A stretch of DNA of 64,000 bases from Octopus sinensis (lineage: Eukaryota), in contig NC_043021.1 of assembly GCF_006345805.1 (NCBI RefSeq), positions 13,764,001 to 13,828,000 on the forward strand, in the 5' to 3' direction. The position numbers were made by a program, and so were the translations under genes. This document shows, one piece after another, positions 52,971 to 64,000 of this stretch. The notes beneath the pieces were generated by a model. The model searched no databases. It saw only the letters and a program-made list of their open reading frames with translations, and was not told the DNA's origin. How positions within the stretch are numbered: position 1 is the first letter of the stretch; the number at the start of each line of letters is the position of its first letter.

Positions 52971-53274
52971 CAGGGTAGGCCAAAAGTCACGCACGGAATA
53001 ACTTCAATATGCCTTGGAATTGTCAAAGACATGCTTCAATTTTTCTAAAATTAAGTAAAATAATGATGAATACACATGTACATGAAGAACAAAATGAATA
53101 ACAACAACGACAATGATAATAATAATAATAATAATAATAATTCTTTTATTGGCCACAAGGGCTGACAAAAATTAATTATAACAAAAAAGGGACAAAACAG
53201 GACGAAAGAATAATCATAATAATGTAACATAAATAAAATGCCAAGTGCTGATGCATAACATTTGGTCCACCGTG
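52971..53274. mobile_element. Non-autonomous Tc1/mariner MITE (304 bp)
   Basis: TA-CAGGGTAGGCCAAAAGTCACGCA ... TGCATAACATTTGGTCCACCGTG-TA; 23-bp imperfect TIR (17/23) and TA target site. Confidence 0.75.
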
Positions 53275-53530
53275 TATGTATATATTATGTATATATATAT
53301 ATATATGTGTGTGTGTATGTGTGTATGTATATAAGTATACATACACATGTCCACACATATAATATATGGTTACATATATATGTCTATATGTGCGTATATA
53401 TGCATACGAGTGTGTGTATACACACACTCGTATAATATATACAGGGGATGTTTTCATCCGTATTTTCCTTATATATATAATATATATATATATGTATGTA
53501 TGTTTGTATATATGCATGTATGCATATGTA

Positions 53531-53834
53531 CAGGGTAGGCCAAAAGTCACGCACGGAATAACTTCAATATGCCTTGGAATTGTCAAAGACATGCTTCAAT
53601 TTTTCTAAAATTAAGTAAAATAATGATGAATACACATGTACATGAAGAACAAAATGAATAACAACAACGACAATGATAATAATAATAATAATAATAATAA
53701 TTCTTTTATTGGCCACAAGGGCTGACAAAAATTAATTATAACAAAAAAGGGACAAAACAGGACGAAAGAATAATCATAATAATGTAACATAAATAAAATG
53801 CCAAGTGCTGATGCATAACATTTGGTCCACCGTG
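53531..53834. mobile_element. Second copy of the same Tc1/mariner MITE, part of a 560-bp tandem duplication
   Basis: Appears identical to 52971-53274 at an offset of 560 bp. Confidence 0.75.
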
Positions 53835-54583
53835 TATGTATATATTATGTATATATATATATATATGTGTGTGTGTATGTGTGTATGTATATAAGTATAC
53901 ATACACATGTCCACACATATAATATATGGTTACATATATATGTCTATATGTGCGTATATATGCATACGAGTGTGTGTATACACACACTCGTATAATATAT
54001 ACAGGGGATGTTTTCATCCGTATTTTCCTTATATATATATATATATATATATATATCCAACAAGCCATACATCTCTGTTCAACCATGTCTTTCTGACCAA
54101 CCGTTTCTGTACGTGCGTGTGTGTGTGTGTTTGTGTACGCGCAATGACCAGTTGCACACTGCAAGCTGCAGCACTGTGCAACTGGTAGCAATTCAATCAT
54201 GTGATTTCTCTTCCAGTCGGTTTTCACGTGAGACACTGGAATTTCTGGTCGGTTCTATACAAATGCTGCTACTACACGTCTCTAAGTGGACGGACACACA
54301 CACACACACACGCACGGACAATTACTCACTAACACTCCCGCATTTACACAGGCAATTGTAAACATCTGTGTGTGTGTGTGTGTGTACATGCACGTTTATA
54401 GGCATGAATGCATGTGTGCATCCCTCACACACAGATGTTCATGAATCCTTACGCCTCCCTTCCGCATTAACAGCTCTGTCTGTGTTTGTGTGTGTATATC
54501 TTTAGATATGTATGTGTATATAAGTACTTCTATGTATACGTCTGTCTGTATGTGTGTTTGTTTATATGTGTATGTATGTGTGT

Positions 54584-54616
<33 letters not shown>

Positions 54617-54749
54617 ATATACACGTGTATTTATATATTTGTATATATGTGTATGTATATATATGTGTGTGTGTGTGAGTGTGAGTATGTATATATATAT
54701 ATATATAATGAGTGTGTGAGTATGTATATATATATATAATGAGTGTGTA

Positions 54750-54783
<34 letters not shown>

Positions 54784-54922
54784 ATGGGTTTGTATGTATA
54801 TATGATATACATGTGTATACAGACATGTATTTGTACATATATACATGTATCTGTATGAATATATATATATATATCCAGGTATGTGTGTATATATGCATGA
54901 GTATATGTATGTGTATATATAT

Positions 54923-54956
<34 letters not shown>

Positions 54957-56390
54957 CAGTTTACAATTGAATAAACAAGGACTATACAAAGAATTCAATA
55001 TTAGTTATGCAATTATCAGCTAGAGTGCAGTCCCTGTACATTAGACTCTGTGTGTGTGTGTGTGTGAGTGAGTGAGTGTATGTGTATGTGTGTGAAGATG
55101 AAGTTGTATTCAAGTATAAAATGGGTAAAGTCAAATATAGCCATACGCACACATTACACATACACCCTCGCATCTATTGACTCACACACAAACGCACTCA
55201 CACACACACATGATTGCATATGTGAAGACATATACACTTGGACATTATGACATTCGTATTGTCTCAGCTGCTGGCATACACACACACGCACACTCACACA
55301 CAATGCCCATCCACCAACAAACACATACATATTCTCTCACACACACATACACACATATATATATATATACCTGTATCCATATACATGGCTTTGTGTCTAT
55401 TTTATGTGTGTGTGTGTGTTTGTATGTGTACACACATACATATAATATATGCGTGTATGTATATGTGTGTGTGTGTGTGTGTGTTAAAATTTTAATACAC
55501 TGGACTATATATAGCCCTGTGTATTATGTGCATACATTGTTCACCCACACACGGTGTCTTGTACGCTTAAAATTTACAGTGCACCCTCCACCCCACTTTC
55601 TGCACCCCCACATACACACACAAATGAATGCAAGTGCACTTGCACTTATATACACACACACATACACACTCACTTATACTCTCTCCTCACATTGTTTCTT
55701 CTGTCTTTCTACCTCTCTTTTCATACTCTTACTTTCACCCTCTCTCTCTCTCCCTATTCTCTGTGTGTGTCTCTCTCTTCTATTCCTCTCTCTCTTTCCA
55801 CATGCTCTCTTTCTCTTCCTCCCACTTTCACTCCCTTTATCTCTTCATACTCCTACTCTTCCCCTCCCTCCCATCATCTCCTCTTCTTCCTCCCCCTCTC
55901 TTCATTCTTTGCATTTCACATTGTCTTTCTCTTCACTCCTCTCCCTCTCTTTCATACTCATGCTCCTCCTCTCTCCTCTTACACCTATTCCTCTCATTCT
56001 CCTCATCCTCTCGCTAATAAATTAACCCAGTATGGGTGACCTCCAGAGATGTTACCCAGAGTTGTTATACAAGCTTGTAACCTAAGTAATGGATAAGCCA
56101 AGGATTTTAATTTAATTAGAGGTAAAAATCGTGTATCATTCCGTTTCTCAGGACCTTACCTCCTAAGTAATCCAGTGTATGACCCCCAAATATTCCATCG
56201 CTAAGCCCTTAAAAACTCTCCTGACCCCTCAGGAGTACCTCTCTACTATCCCCCAGCCAACTTGTATTAATAAACTAAAGAGAGAGCCTGTACATGGTTG
56301 GTTGATTTGCTAGAAACAGTGACAAAATATGCCTGTAAGTTCAACCCTTGCCTCCTATCATCTATGGAAAGGATACATTATGTAATGTGT

Positions 56391-56690
56391 TCTTGAGTTC
56401 ATTACACATAATGTGAAGATGGGGTGGCCACATCTGGAATGTCTTCTATTACAGATTTGCACCATCAAGACTGACCTAGAGCTGAATAATTTCTCTGATC
56501 TTGAGTTCATTATACATAGTGTAAAGATGGGGTGGCCACATCTGGAATGTCTTCTTTGCACTATAAGGACTGACCCAGAGCTAAAATACCTCTATGATCT
56601 CAAGTTCATTACACATAGTGTAAAGATGGGGTGGCCACATCTGGAATTTCTTCTATTATAGATCTACACCATCTGGACTGACTTAAGGTT
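56391..56690. repeat. Three-unit tandem repeat (108 and 99 bp periods)
   Basis: The core aagatggggtggccacatctggaat occurs three times; units start at 56391, 56499 and 56598. Confidence 0.9.
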
Positions 56691-57499
56691 AAATAGCCTT
56701 CTCTCTTTCCCCACCATGGGTAATTCCACCTTTGGTGTTTGCCACTTGATTTGCTCACATTGAGTATCTTTCTAGTATTCTGATAGTCCTCTTATAACTC
56801 TTACTTCTCCAACCAAAACTTACAAGGTGTTAGCTAATCCAAGAGGCCTGGTCTTAGGAGACACTTGCTCCTGTCATGTGCTGGAAACCTGGATCTATGT
56901 GATTGCAAAGAGAAGTGGGAAGTTTAACATATGGCTATGCATGAGCCTTATAAGTGGTGGCTGTGTATATACATATATACATAAATATATATACATATGT
57001 ATGTATGTATATATATTGTGTATGTGCATATATATTTATGTATGTATATATGTGTGTGTATATATATATATATACATATATAATCACCATTATCACCATT
57101 AACATCCGTTGTCCATGCTAACATATATTCTGTGTGTGTGTGTGTGTGTGTATTTCTGTGTGTGTGTGTGTGTGTGTGTATTTCTGTGTGTGTGAAGATG
57201 AAGTTGATTGGTACTTCAAGTTTTGTTTACCGGCGCCACACTGTGGGTGACATTTGGGGTCCCAGTATAGAATGGACCCATTGGTAAATGTTCCATCAGT
57301 ATTTTTAGAAAAACAACTTTATTTTAGTGCTCTGCACTAAAATAAGGTTGTACACACCATACAAATACATACATACACGCATATATTTAAGAATATATGT
57401 GTATGTTTGTACATGTGTGTGAATGTTTATATCTATCTCTTTCTCTCTCTCTCTCTCTCGCTCTCTCTTTATATATATATGTGTGTGTGTATGTGTGTG

Positions 57500-57870
57500 T
57501 ATAGGCGTAGATGTGGCTGTGTGGTAAGAAGCTTGCTTCCGAACCACATGGTTCCAGGTTCAGTCCTGTTGTGTGATACCCTCGGGCAAGTGTCTTCTAC
57601 TATAGCCTCGGGTCGATCAAAGCCCTGTGAGTGGATTTGGTTGGCAGAAACTAAAAAATAGCCTGTTGTGTGTGTGTGTGTGTCCATTGCCATTTAACAA
57701 CCGGTGTTGGTGTGCTTACATCCCCATAACTTAGCAGTTCAACAAAAGAGACTGATAAGTACTAGGCTTTAAAAAAATACATCCTGGGGTCGATTTGTTC
57801 AACTAAAACCCTTCAAAGCAGTGCTCCAGCATGGCCACAGTCAATTGACTGAAACAAGTAAATGGATAAA
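57500..57870 (+). mobile_element. Family A SINE. Further partial copies at about 2205-2375(-), 7985-8180(+), 9485-9640(-), 43525-43690(+), 47305-47500(-), 48480-49010(-), 52470-52730(-), 59055-59301(+/-), 61485-61625(+)
   Basis: Recurrent ggcaagtgtcttctactatagcc and gtgctccagcatggccacagtc motifs. Confidence 0.8.
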
Positions 57871-57882
57871 AGAATATATATA

Positions 57883-57918
<36 letters not shown>

Positions 57919-59905
57919 TGTATGTATGTATGTATGTATGTAGATGTGTATATGTATATACCTCTGTGTATACACACAGGCAGAATCTCAAAAGGCCAGT
58001 ATCGGTCACCTTCTGATACTCTGCCCTTCCTTCCTCAATGTCCACTTAAATACAGACAGTGGACCAGCTGCCCGCCCAGAACGGAGCATAAGGCAGGCGT
58101 TATCTGCTCCTTCCAACTTGTAGAGGGGAACTGCCTGAAATGTCTTCACTGTGTCTAGCAACAGCATCAGCAGCAACATCAGCAGCAGCAGTAGTAACAG
58201 CAGGGACAAACAAACACTGACTGTTGCTGCTGCAGCTGCTGCCGCTGATATCGATGTGCACATATTATTACTAGAGCTGTAAAAACAGCTCAGCTACAGT
58301 AGTAGCACTGTGCTGTATTGATTTCACGTTGTTTGTTTGTTTGGTTTTATTGTTTTTGTTGTTTAGGCATCACTCGATGGATGGATGGATGGCTGGATGG
58401 CTGGCTGGCTGGCTGGCTGGATGGATGGATGGATGGATGGAGGGATTGATGAAGGGGAGGGAGGGATGGATGGATGGAGGGATGCATGATTGGTTGGACT
58501 GACTGGTATAGATAGATTGGTGTGTTTGTGTGTGTGTGTGTGATAGAGAGATGCAGAGTGAGAGAGGAGGGAGAGAGTGATGGAGTGAGGTAGAGTTATT
58601 GAGTTTTATTGGAAAAGCAAAAGGCGTTCTCTTACATCCACAATTACTCAACTGGTTGCTTTCCTCCAACACTGAATAAATAAATAGATGAATGAATATT
58701 TGCTGTTGTTGTTGTTAATTATATTTGCCATCATCAACATCACCGTGACGTTCTGAGTTCAAATCCCACTGAGATCAACTTTGCCTTTCATCCTTGTAGG
58801 ACTCCATAAAATAAAGTGCCCCTGTCAAGAACTAAGGGTCTATATTATCTGATGTCCCTTTATCCCTTTTTTACGGCTTTGTACCTATGTAAGGCATCGT
58901 TTAGGGTGGTGGATTGGATGAACTGTTATAATGCTTCACAGCATTTGATCCAGCTCTTTGGATTTTGAGTTCAAATCCTTCTGAGGTGAAAGCTTTGCTT
59001 TTTATCCTTCTGGGGGGAAATAAAGCATCCGGGTACTTATTTGAGGTGCTGACATGGCTGTGTGATAAGAAGCTTTCTTCCAACCACATGGTTCTGGGTT
59101 CAGTCCCACTGCATGGCACACTTGGGCAAATGTCTTCTACTGCATACATTATGGACTTCTTTCAATGTCCAGTTTCTAAATCCCTTCACAAGGCTTTGGT
59201 TGGCCTGGGGCTATAGTAGAAGACATTTGCTCAAGGTGTCCTGCAGTGGGACTGAACCTGGAGTCATATGGTTGAGAAGCAAACTTCTTACCACACAACC
59301 ATGCCTGCATCTATACTTGTTTCTCTATCTCTGTCTCTTTTCTCTCTTTTTCCTCACATTCTTTATCTGATGAAGCTTTATTCTCTCAATTCTGCTGATA
59401 TATATTTTTGCTTTATTATCTTAAAAAAAAGGAAGGTAGTCAAGCCATTGTCTTCTTCATTTGTTTCACTTTTGGTGGTCTTGTGGAATGTCCCACTAGG
59501 CTTTATTGGCACATTACAGAGGCACTGTGCCATTGGTTTCTTCTGGAACTCAATCTATCCCATTAGTGGAATTGAACTTGGTGTATCCAACAAACTTCCA
59601 TTCAGTTTCCATCTACCAAATTCTACTGAAAAGGCATCAGTCATCCCAAGGCTATAAGACAGTTGCCCAAGATTCAACATACTCAATGTTCCACATGGCT
59701 GCAGTACCATTTATCTAAGTTTCCACTTTCCAAAGCCTGTACATGCTGGGATACCACTTGCCCAAGGCACCACATGCTCAGGGTGTCATTTGTCCAAAGT
59801 CCACATACCCAAAGTGTTGCTAGAATTGAACTCAGGACCACATGGTTGGAAAGTTGACTTCTTGATCACAACTGTTGATATTTCTTTCCAAATGTTATGA
59901 AATCA

Positions 59906-60293
59906 TCTATAATAATGAAAGCAAAATTCTGTCTGTCTGTCCACCTGGGACCCCTGTATCTCAGTTTACATTTGCTCAATGTAGACATATTATAACCTTT
60001 TTGGAATCAGGATGGTCCCAGGATTGAAAATCTGCCCTTCATTTGGTTCTTGACCATCCAGCATTGGGATCAGGTCTGGATGAGGATTTGTTATATGCTA
60101 ACAGTTGAACATTCCAATTTTAAAAGAACTCCAATAATTTGTGAACTTAGAAGCTTTTCATTTAAACTGAATTTAAAGTAATACCATATTAGTAGGGTAA
60201 TACCATATTGGTAGGGTACCAATAAATGCTTTTTTATTATTTCCCTCTTTAGTTTTGGGTTGCAGGCTCAATTAGCCCTCCGTAGGAGCTAGC
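59906..60293 (+). mobile_element. Non-autonomous Helitron-like element
   Basis: A|TCTATAATAATGAAAGC start followed by (GTCT)n; short CTCC-gta-GGAG hairpin next to CTAG at the 3' end. The base after CTAG is C rather than T. Confidence 0.5.
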
Positions 60294-60371
60294 CTAAAAG
60301 TCTGCATGGAGTGTGGTTTTTAAGGTAGTAATAAATACAATTAAAGCAAAAACGGAAAAGAGATTTTTGAA

Positions 60372-60440
60372 AGATTGCTTTGGTCCAGTGCTGGAACACC
60401 TGTCGTATTTACAGGAGATGTGGGTTCAAGCCTCACAAAA
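60372..60440 (+). pseudogene. tRNA-like fragment (pseudo-tRNA or isolated SINE head)
   Basis: D-arm-like gtcc-agtgct-ggaac, anticodon-like stem CCTGT-cgtattt-ACAGG, T-arm GTGGG-TTCAAGC-CTCAC. No acceptor stem. Confidence 0.4.
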
Positions 60441-62216
60441 AACCTTCATCTTTTACTTTCCAAAGGAGGTTTTTAACCTGTTATTATTTGTAACTTTATC
60501 TGCTTCAAGACCCACCGTTCTGAAAAAGCAAAAAAAGAATAAATGGTTCCTCCACTCTTTTCTGTTTTCCATTTCAATTTAAAAAAAGAATTGCTTTTTT
60601 TAATTTTCTAAATTAATTTGGTTGAGAAATCAATTATTTCTTTGTTTCTATTTGTTTTTGTTTAGGTTTCTTTGTGTTCTTGTATTTATTTAATTGTTTG
60701 TTTGTGTTTTTCCTGGTTTTTGACATTTTCCAAAGAATATTGGAAATCAAAGTAGACATAGGTCAGTGTTAAAACTAGTAAGAGGATGATAGTGGTGTGG
60801 GTAGTGGTGATGGTGGCGGTAGCAGTGGTGGTGGTGGTGGTGGTGGTAACAGAGAAAGTTACTAATGGTTGGTGGTAGTGATGGTGGTAATGGTGTTGGT
60901 CGTTGGTGATAATTAATGGCAGAGTAGTGTTCTTGTTTCTTGTAAGGTTGACCTTTTGCTTAAACCAAATGTTTTGGAGTGAACCAGAAGCCGGTGAGAA
61001 GGGAACCGGTTGTGCACAGTCACTAGCAAAGTGAAAACCCACTTGTGTAATGCATTAATCTATCTTCATTTCTCTCCCTCCCTCTCACTCTCTATCTACA
61101 TATCTATCTATCTATATATATTCATATTCTTAACTCTCTATCTCAATATATATATATATCTTCCAATCTCTGTCTGTCTCCTCTTTCTCTTCTTTTTTCT
61201 CTCTCTTTCTCACTCACACTTGTATATAAATTTACTCACTGTTTTGTTATTAGAAAACCACTTAGAATCACACTAGAAGCTGGAAATAAACCTCTCCTCC
61301 TACCATCCCCCATAAAAAATATCTTTGGCATTCTGGTAGATGACGATGTACTGAATGATGTATGCAAAAAAAAAAAAAAAATTATATATAAAAAGACAAC
61401 ACAAAAAAAGAATCTTAATAAATTGAAATTTGCCTTTTAGTGGGAGAAAGAAGACAGAAACTTATTGGTAACTTTATGAGTGTGGCTGTGTGGTTAAGAC
61501 ATTTGTTCACTTTAAAGCCTTGCAGTTTCAGGTTCGATCCCACACTAGTGCAGCACTTGGGACACATAAGCGTCATCTGCTAAAGCTCTGAATTTGTTAG
61601 ATGGAAGCTGTACAGAAGCTTGCTCTTTGCATGTGCATACACACACACACACACAAAGAACAAATAGCGAGGGATTATCAATCTGGGGAAAATACTTAAT
61701 AAACTCTCTGTTGGCACACCGGGCTTAACAATATTGTTTAGATTAGTGAAGAACTCCAAGTAATCTTTTGGTAGAGTTCCAAGTTATGGTTCATCACAAT
61801 TCTGTATTGTAAATCTGTGGATGGGCTCCACATACACTGGTTTTTATGGGGTTATATGTAAGAAAGAAGTTAAAAATAATGGTCATCATCATCATCATCA
61901 TCATTGTTTAACGTCCGTTTTCCATGCTGGTATGGGTTGGACAGTTTGACTGAAGTTTGGAAAGCCAGCGGCTTCACCAAGCTCCAGTCTGATCTGTTTC
62001 TACTTCTGGATGACCTTCCCATGGCCAATTTCTCTATTAGAGCAAATTTGGCTTACAGCTGTTTCCAGTAGTCATTATAGGTACATTACTGATAGGTTTA
62101 CTCCTCATATCAAGATAAACAGCGCTTGACCTTGCAGGTGGGGCCCAGTTAAAATTTTCTTTAGGTTGAGTGGCCCCTGCTGAAAAAGTCCCCGAATAAG
62201 GTTTGTTTAAGGAATT

Positions 62217-62790
62217 TTTGAAGGATGCAGTGTCCTGACAGCTACCATCAAAGTGACACTGGGGTAAAATATATGAAGCCCAGTATACCCATCATGACTA
62301 CCCGTCTGATAAGGGTACACTAGGCACATGCATCACAACCATATGTGCGTAACATGGTGATCTCATATCAAGATAAACAGCACATGACCTTGCAGGTGGG
62401 GCCCAGTTAGAATTTTCTTCTGGTTGAGTAACCCATCTCGCTCAAAAGGTCACTGAATAAGGGTCGTTTAAGGATGTTGAACAAAACACCCATGTTTCCA
62501 GAGGTGAATTATTCAAACACCAAAGAATTCCTTTCAGCGCATGGCTATGATGCTGTCCCACTAATCCTGCTCGTGATCAGAGATGCATATATCATCAGCC
62601 ACTAAGGGACATGCTCAACTGGTTAAGGTCAAGCAACTGACAAGCAAAAATCTGTAGTATTGAGAAGAATATTTGCTGTTAGCCCCATCTTTTATACCAA
62701 GACAAAACATGTACATGATAACACTTCCAATCAGTTAAGATCAAAAGTCATGAGAGTCAGTGCCTGCTACTGCTTCAGGAATAGGTACCG
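62217..62790 (-). mobile_element. Second, inverted copy of the 28960-29445 repeat
   Basis: Reverse-complement match, including the junction aaggatgcagtgtcctgacagctaccatcaaagtgacactgggg. Confidence 0.8.
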
Positions 62791-63399
62791 TTTCTATTAT
62801 TATTCATGGAGAGCATACGTTAAATGATGATGATGATGATGATGCAGCAACTTTGCTTGGGAGCATAGCAAAGCACCAGCTGTCCACAACCAATGGAATA
62901 CAGTGACACTCATCATTCAGATTCTGAGAACTCTGCAGAGAATTCATGCTGTTCCAAACAACACCGTTTCCTGTAAATGCTGTTTTCCTATTTACTCCTA
63001 TTATTTCAATCCAATTTTCTGAGTTTTGGTACTTAGAGTTCCCAAGGCTCCAACAACAACAACAACAACAACAGTTCCACTCATATCTTTTTCAATGGCC
63101 GCAGTCTTTTTATCTCCTACTTCATATCATCTCACTTGACCTGCTTCTCGTCTTCCCGTTTCGTTACTCTCTCATTATCAGAACGTGCAGTATCCATGAT
63201 TAAACAGGTTTTCCACCTCTTTATTCACAACCACTATATCCGGCTTTCAATGTTCAATTTCATGGTGCATTGGATCATTATATTTCTCAGTATCTTTGCC
63301 TTGTCATTCTTTATTATTATTATTGTTATTAATTATCATTATTGTTATTATTGTTGTTGTTGTTGTTATTAACCACTGAGCGCATGGCTAATCACTGAG

Positions 63400-63730
63400 C
63401 ACATGTCTCAGTGGTTAGAGTATCGAGCTTACGATCGTGATGTGAGCTCGAATCCCGGACCAGGCTGCGTGTTGTGTTCTTGAGCGAGGCACTTTATTTC
63501 ACGTTGCTCCAGTTCACTCAGCTGTAGAAATGAGCTGCGACGTCACAGGTGCCAAGCTGTATTGGCCATTGCCTTTCCTTTGAATAACACTGGTGGCGTG
63601 GAGAGAGGGGAGGCCGGTATGCATGGGTGACTGCTGGTCTTCCATAAACAACCTTGCCCGGACTTGTATCTGAGAGGGTAACTTTCTAGGTGCAATCCCA
63701 TGGTCAGTGTCGTGACCGAAGGGGGTTTCA
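63400..63730 (+). mobile_element. tRNA-derived SINE with a V/Meta-like central domain
   Basis: tRNA-like head (cagtggttagag...gagctcgaatcccgg), then ttgagcgaggcactttatttcacgttgctccagttcactcagctg. Homologues at 40915-41200 (+) and partially 17410-17665 (-) and 42115-42370 (+). Confidence 0.75.
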
Positions 63731-64000
63731 GATTATTATTATTATTATTATTATTGAACTAACTGATAAGCAGGGAGCTGGTAGAATCGTTACTGTGCCA
63801 AACAAAAATGCTTAGCAGCATTTTGTCCATCTTGTTCTGAGTTCAAATTCCACCGAGATTGACTTGCCTTTCATCATTTTTGGGATCGATGAAATAAGTA
63901 CCAGTTATACATTGGTGTCAGTGTTATTGTCTAGCCCCCCTCCCCCAAAATATCAGGTTTTGTGCCTATAGCAGAAAGGATTATTGAGCTGGCAGAATCG

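Larger units (their letters stand above)
52930..54050. repeat. Tandem duplication, period 560 bp
   Basis: Same MITE and flanking sequence at 52971 and 53531. Confidence 0.9.

Noticed and set aside
60372-60440. Functional tRNA gene
   Set aside because: No acceptor stem and position 33 is not U; kept only as a tRNA-like fragment.
62000-62216. Extra 120-bp partial copy in front of the 62217 element
   Set aside because: The preceding sequence looks like a noisy version of the same element, so an assembly or consensus error is likely.

Overview
Eukaryotic, AT-rich, microsatellite- and SINE-saturated genomic DNA. It is most likely octopus or another coleoid cephalopod, inferred from the SINE types and from a cephalopod-like syntaxin peptide. 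The only protein-coding sequence I can support is one 100-nt internal exon of syntaxin-1 (40177-40276, +; [33 protein letters not shown], with AG/GT splice sites). No neighbouring syntaxin exon was found, so the window probably consists of two very large introns. Almost all ORFs in the track are artefacts of simple repeats. The intronic DNA holds several tRNA-derived SINE families, CR1/L2 and RTE LINE remnants, mariner (DD34D) and maT (DD37D) remnants, piggyBac-, hAT- and Tc1-like MITEs, Helitron-like non-autonomous elements, minisatellites and local tandem duplications. The most interesting signals are: (1) several minimal type-I hammerhead-ribozyme motifs of the Penelope-element kind, one with an intact core at 16893-16987 on the syntaxin sense strand; (2) many fold-back dsRNA structures, including inverted SINEs flanking the exon and a perfect 49-bp hairpin, which are candidate ADAR substrates; (3) templated-insertion and tandem-multimer events inside mobile elements. 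All structures were read by eye, and repeat boundaries are approximate.
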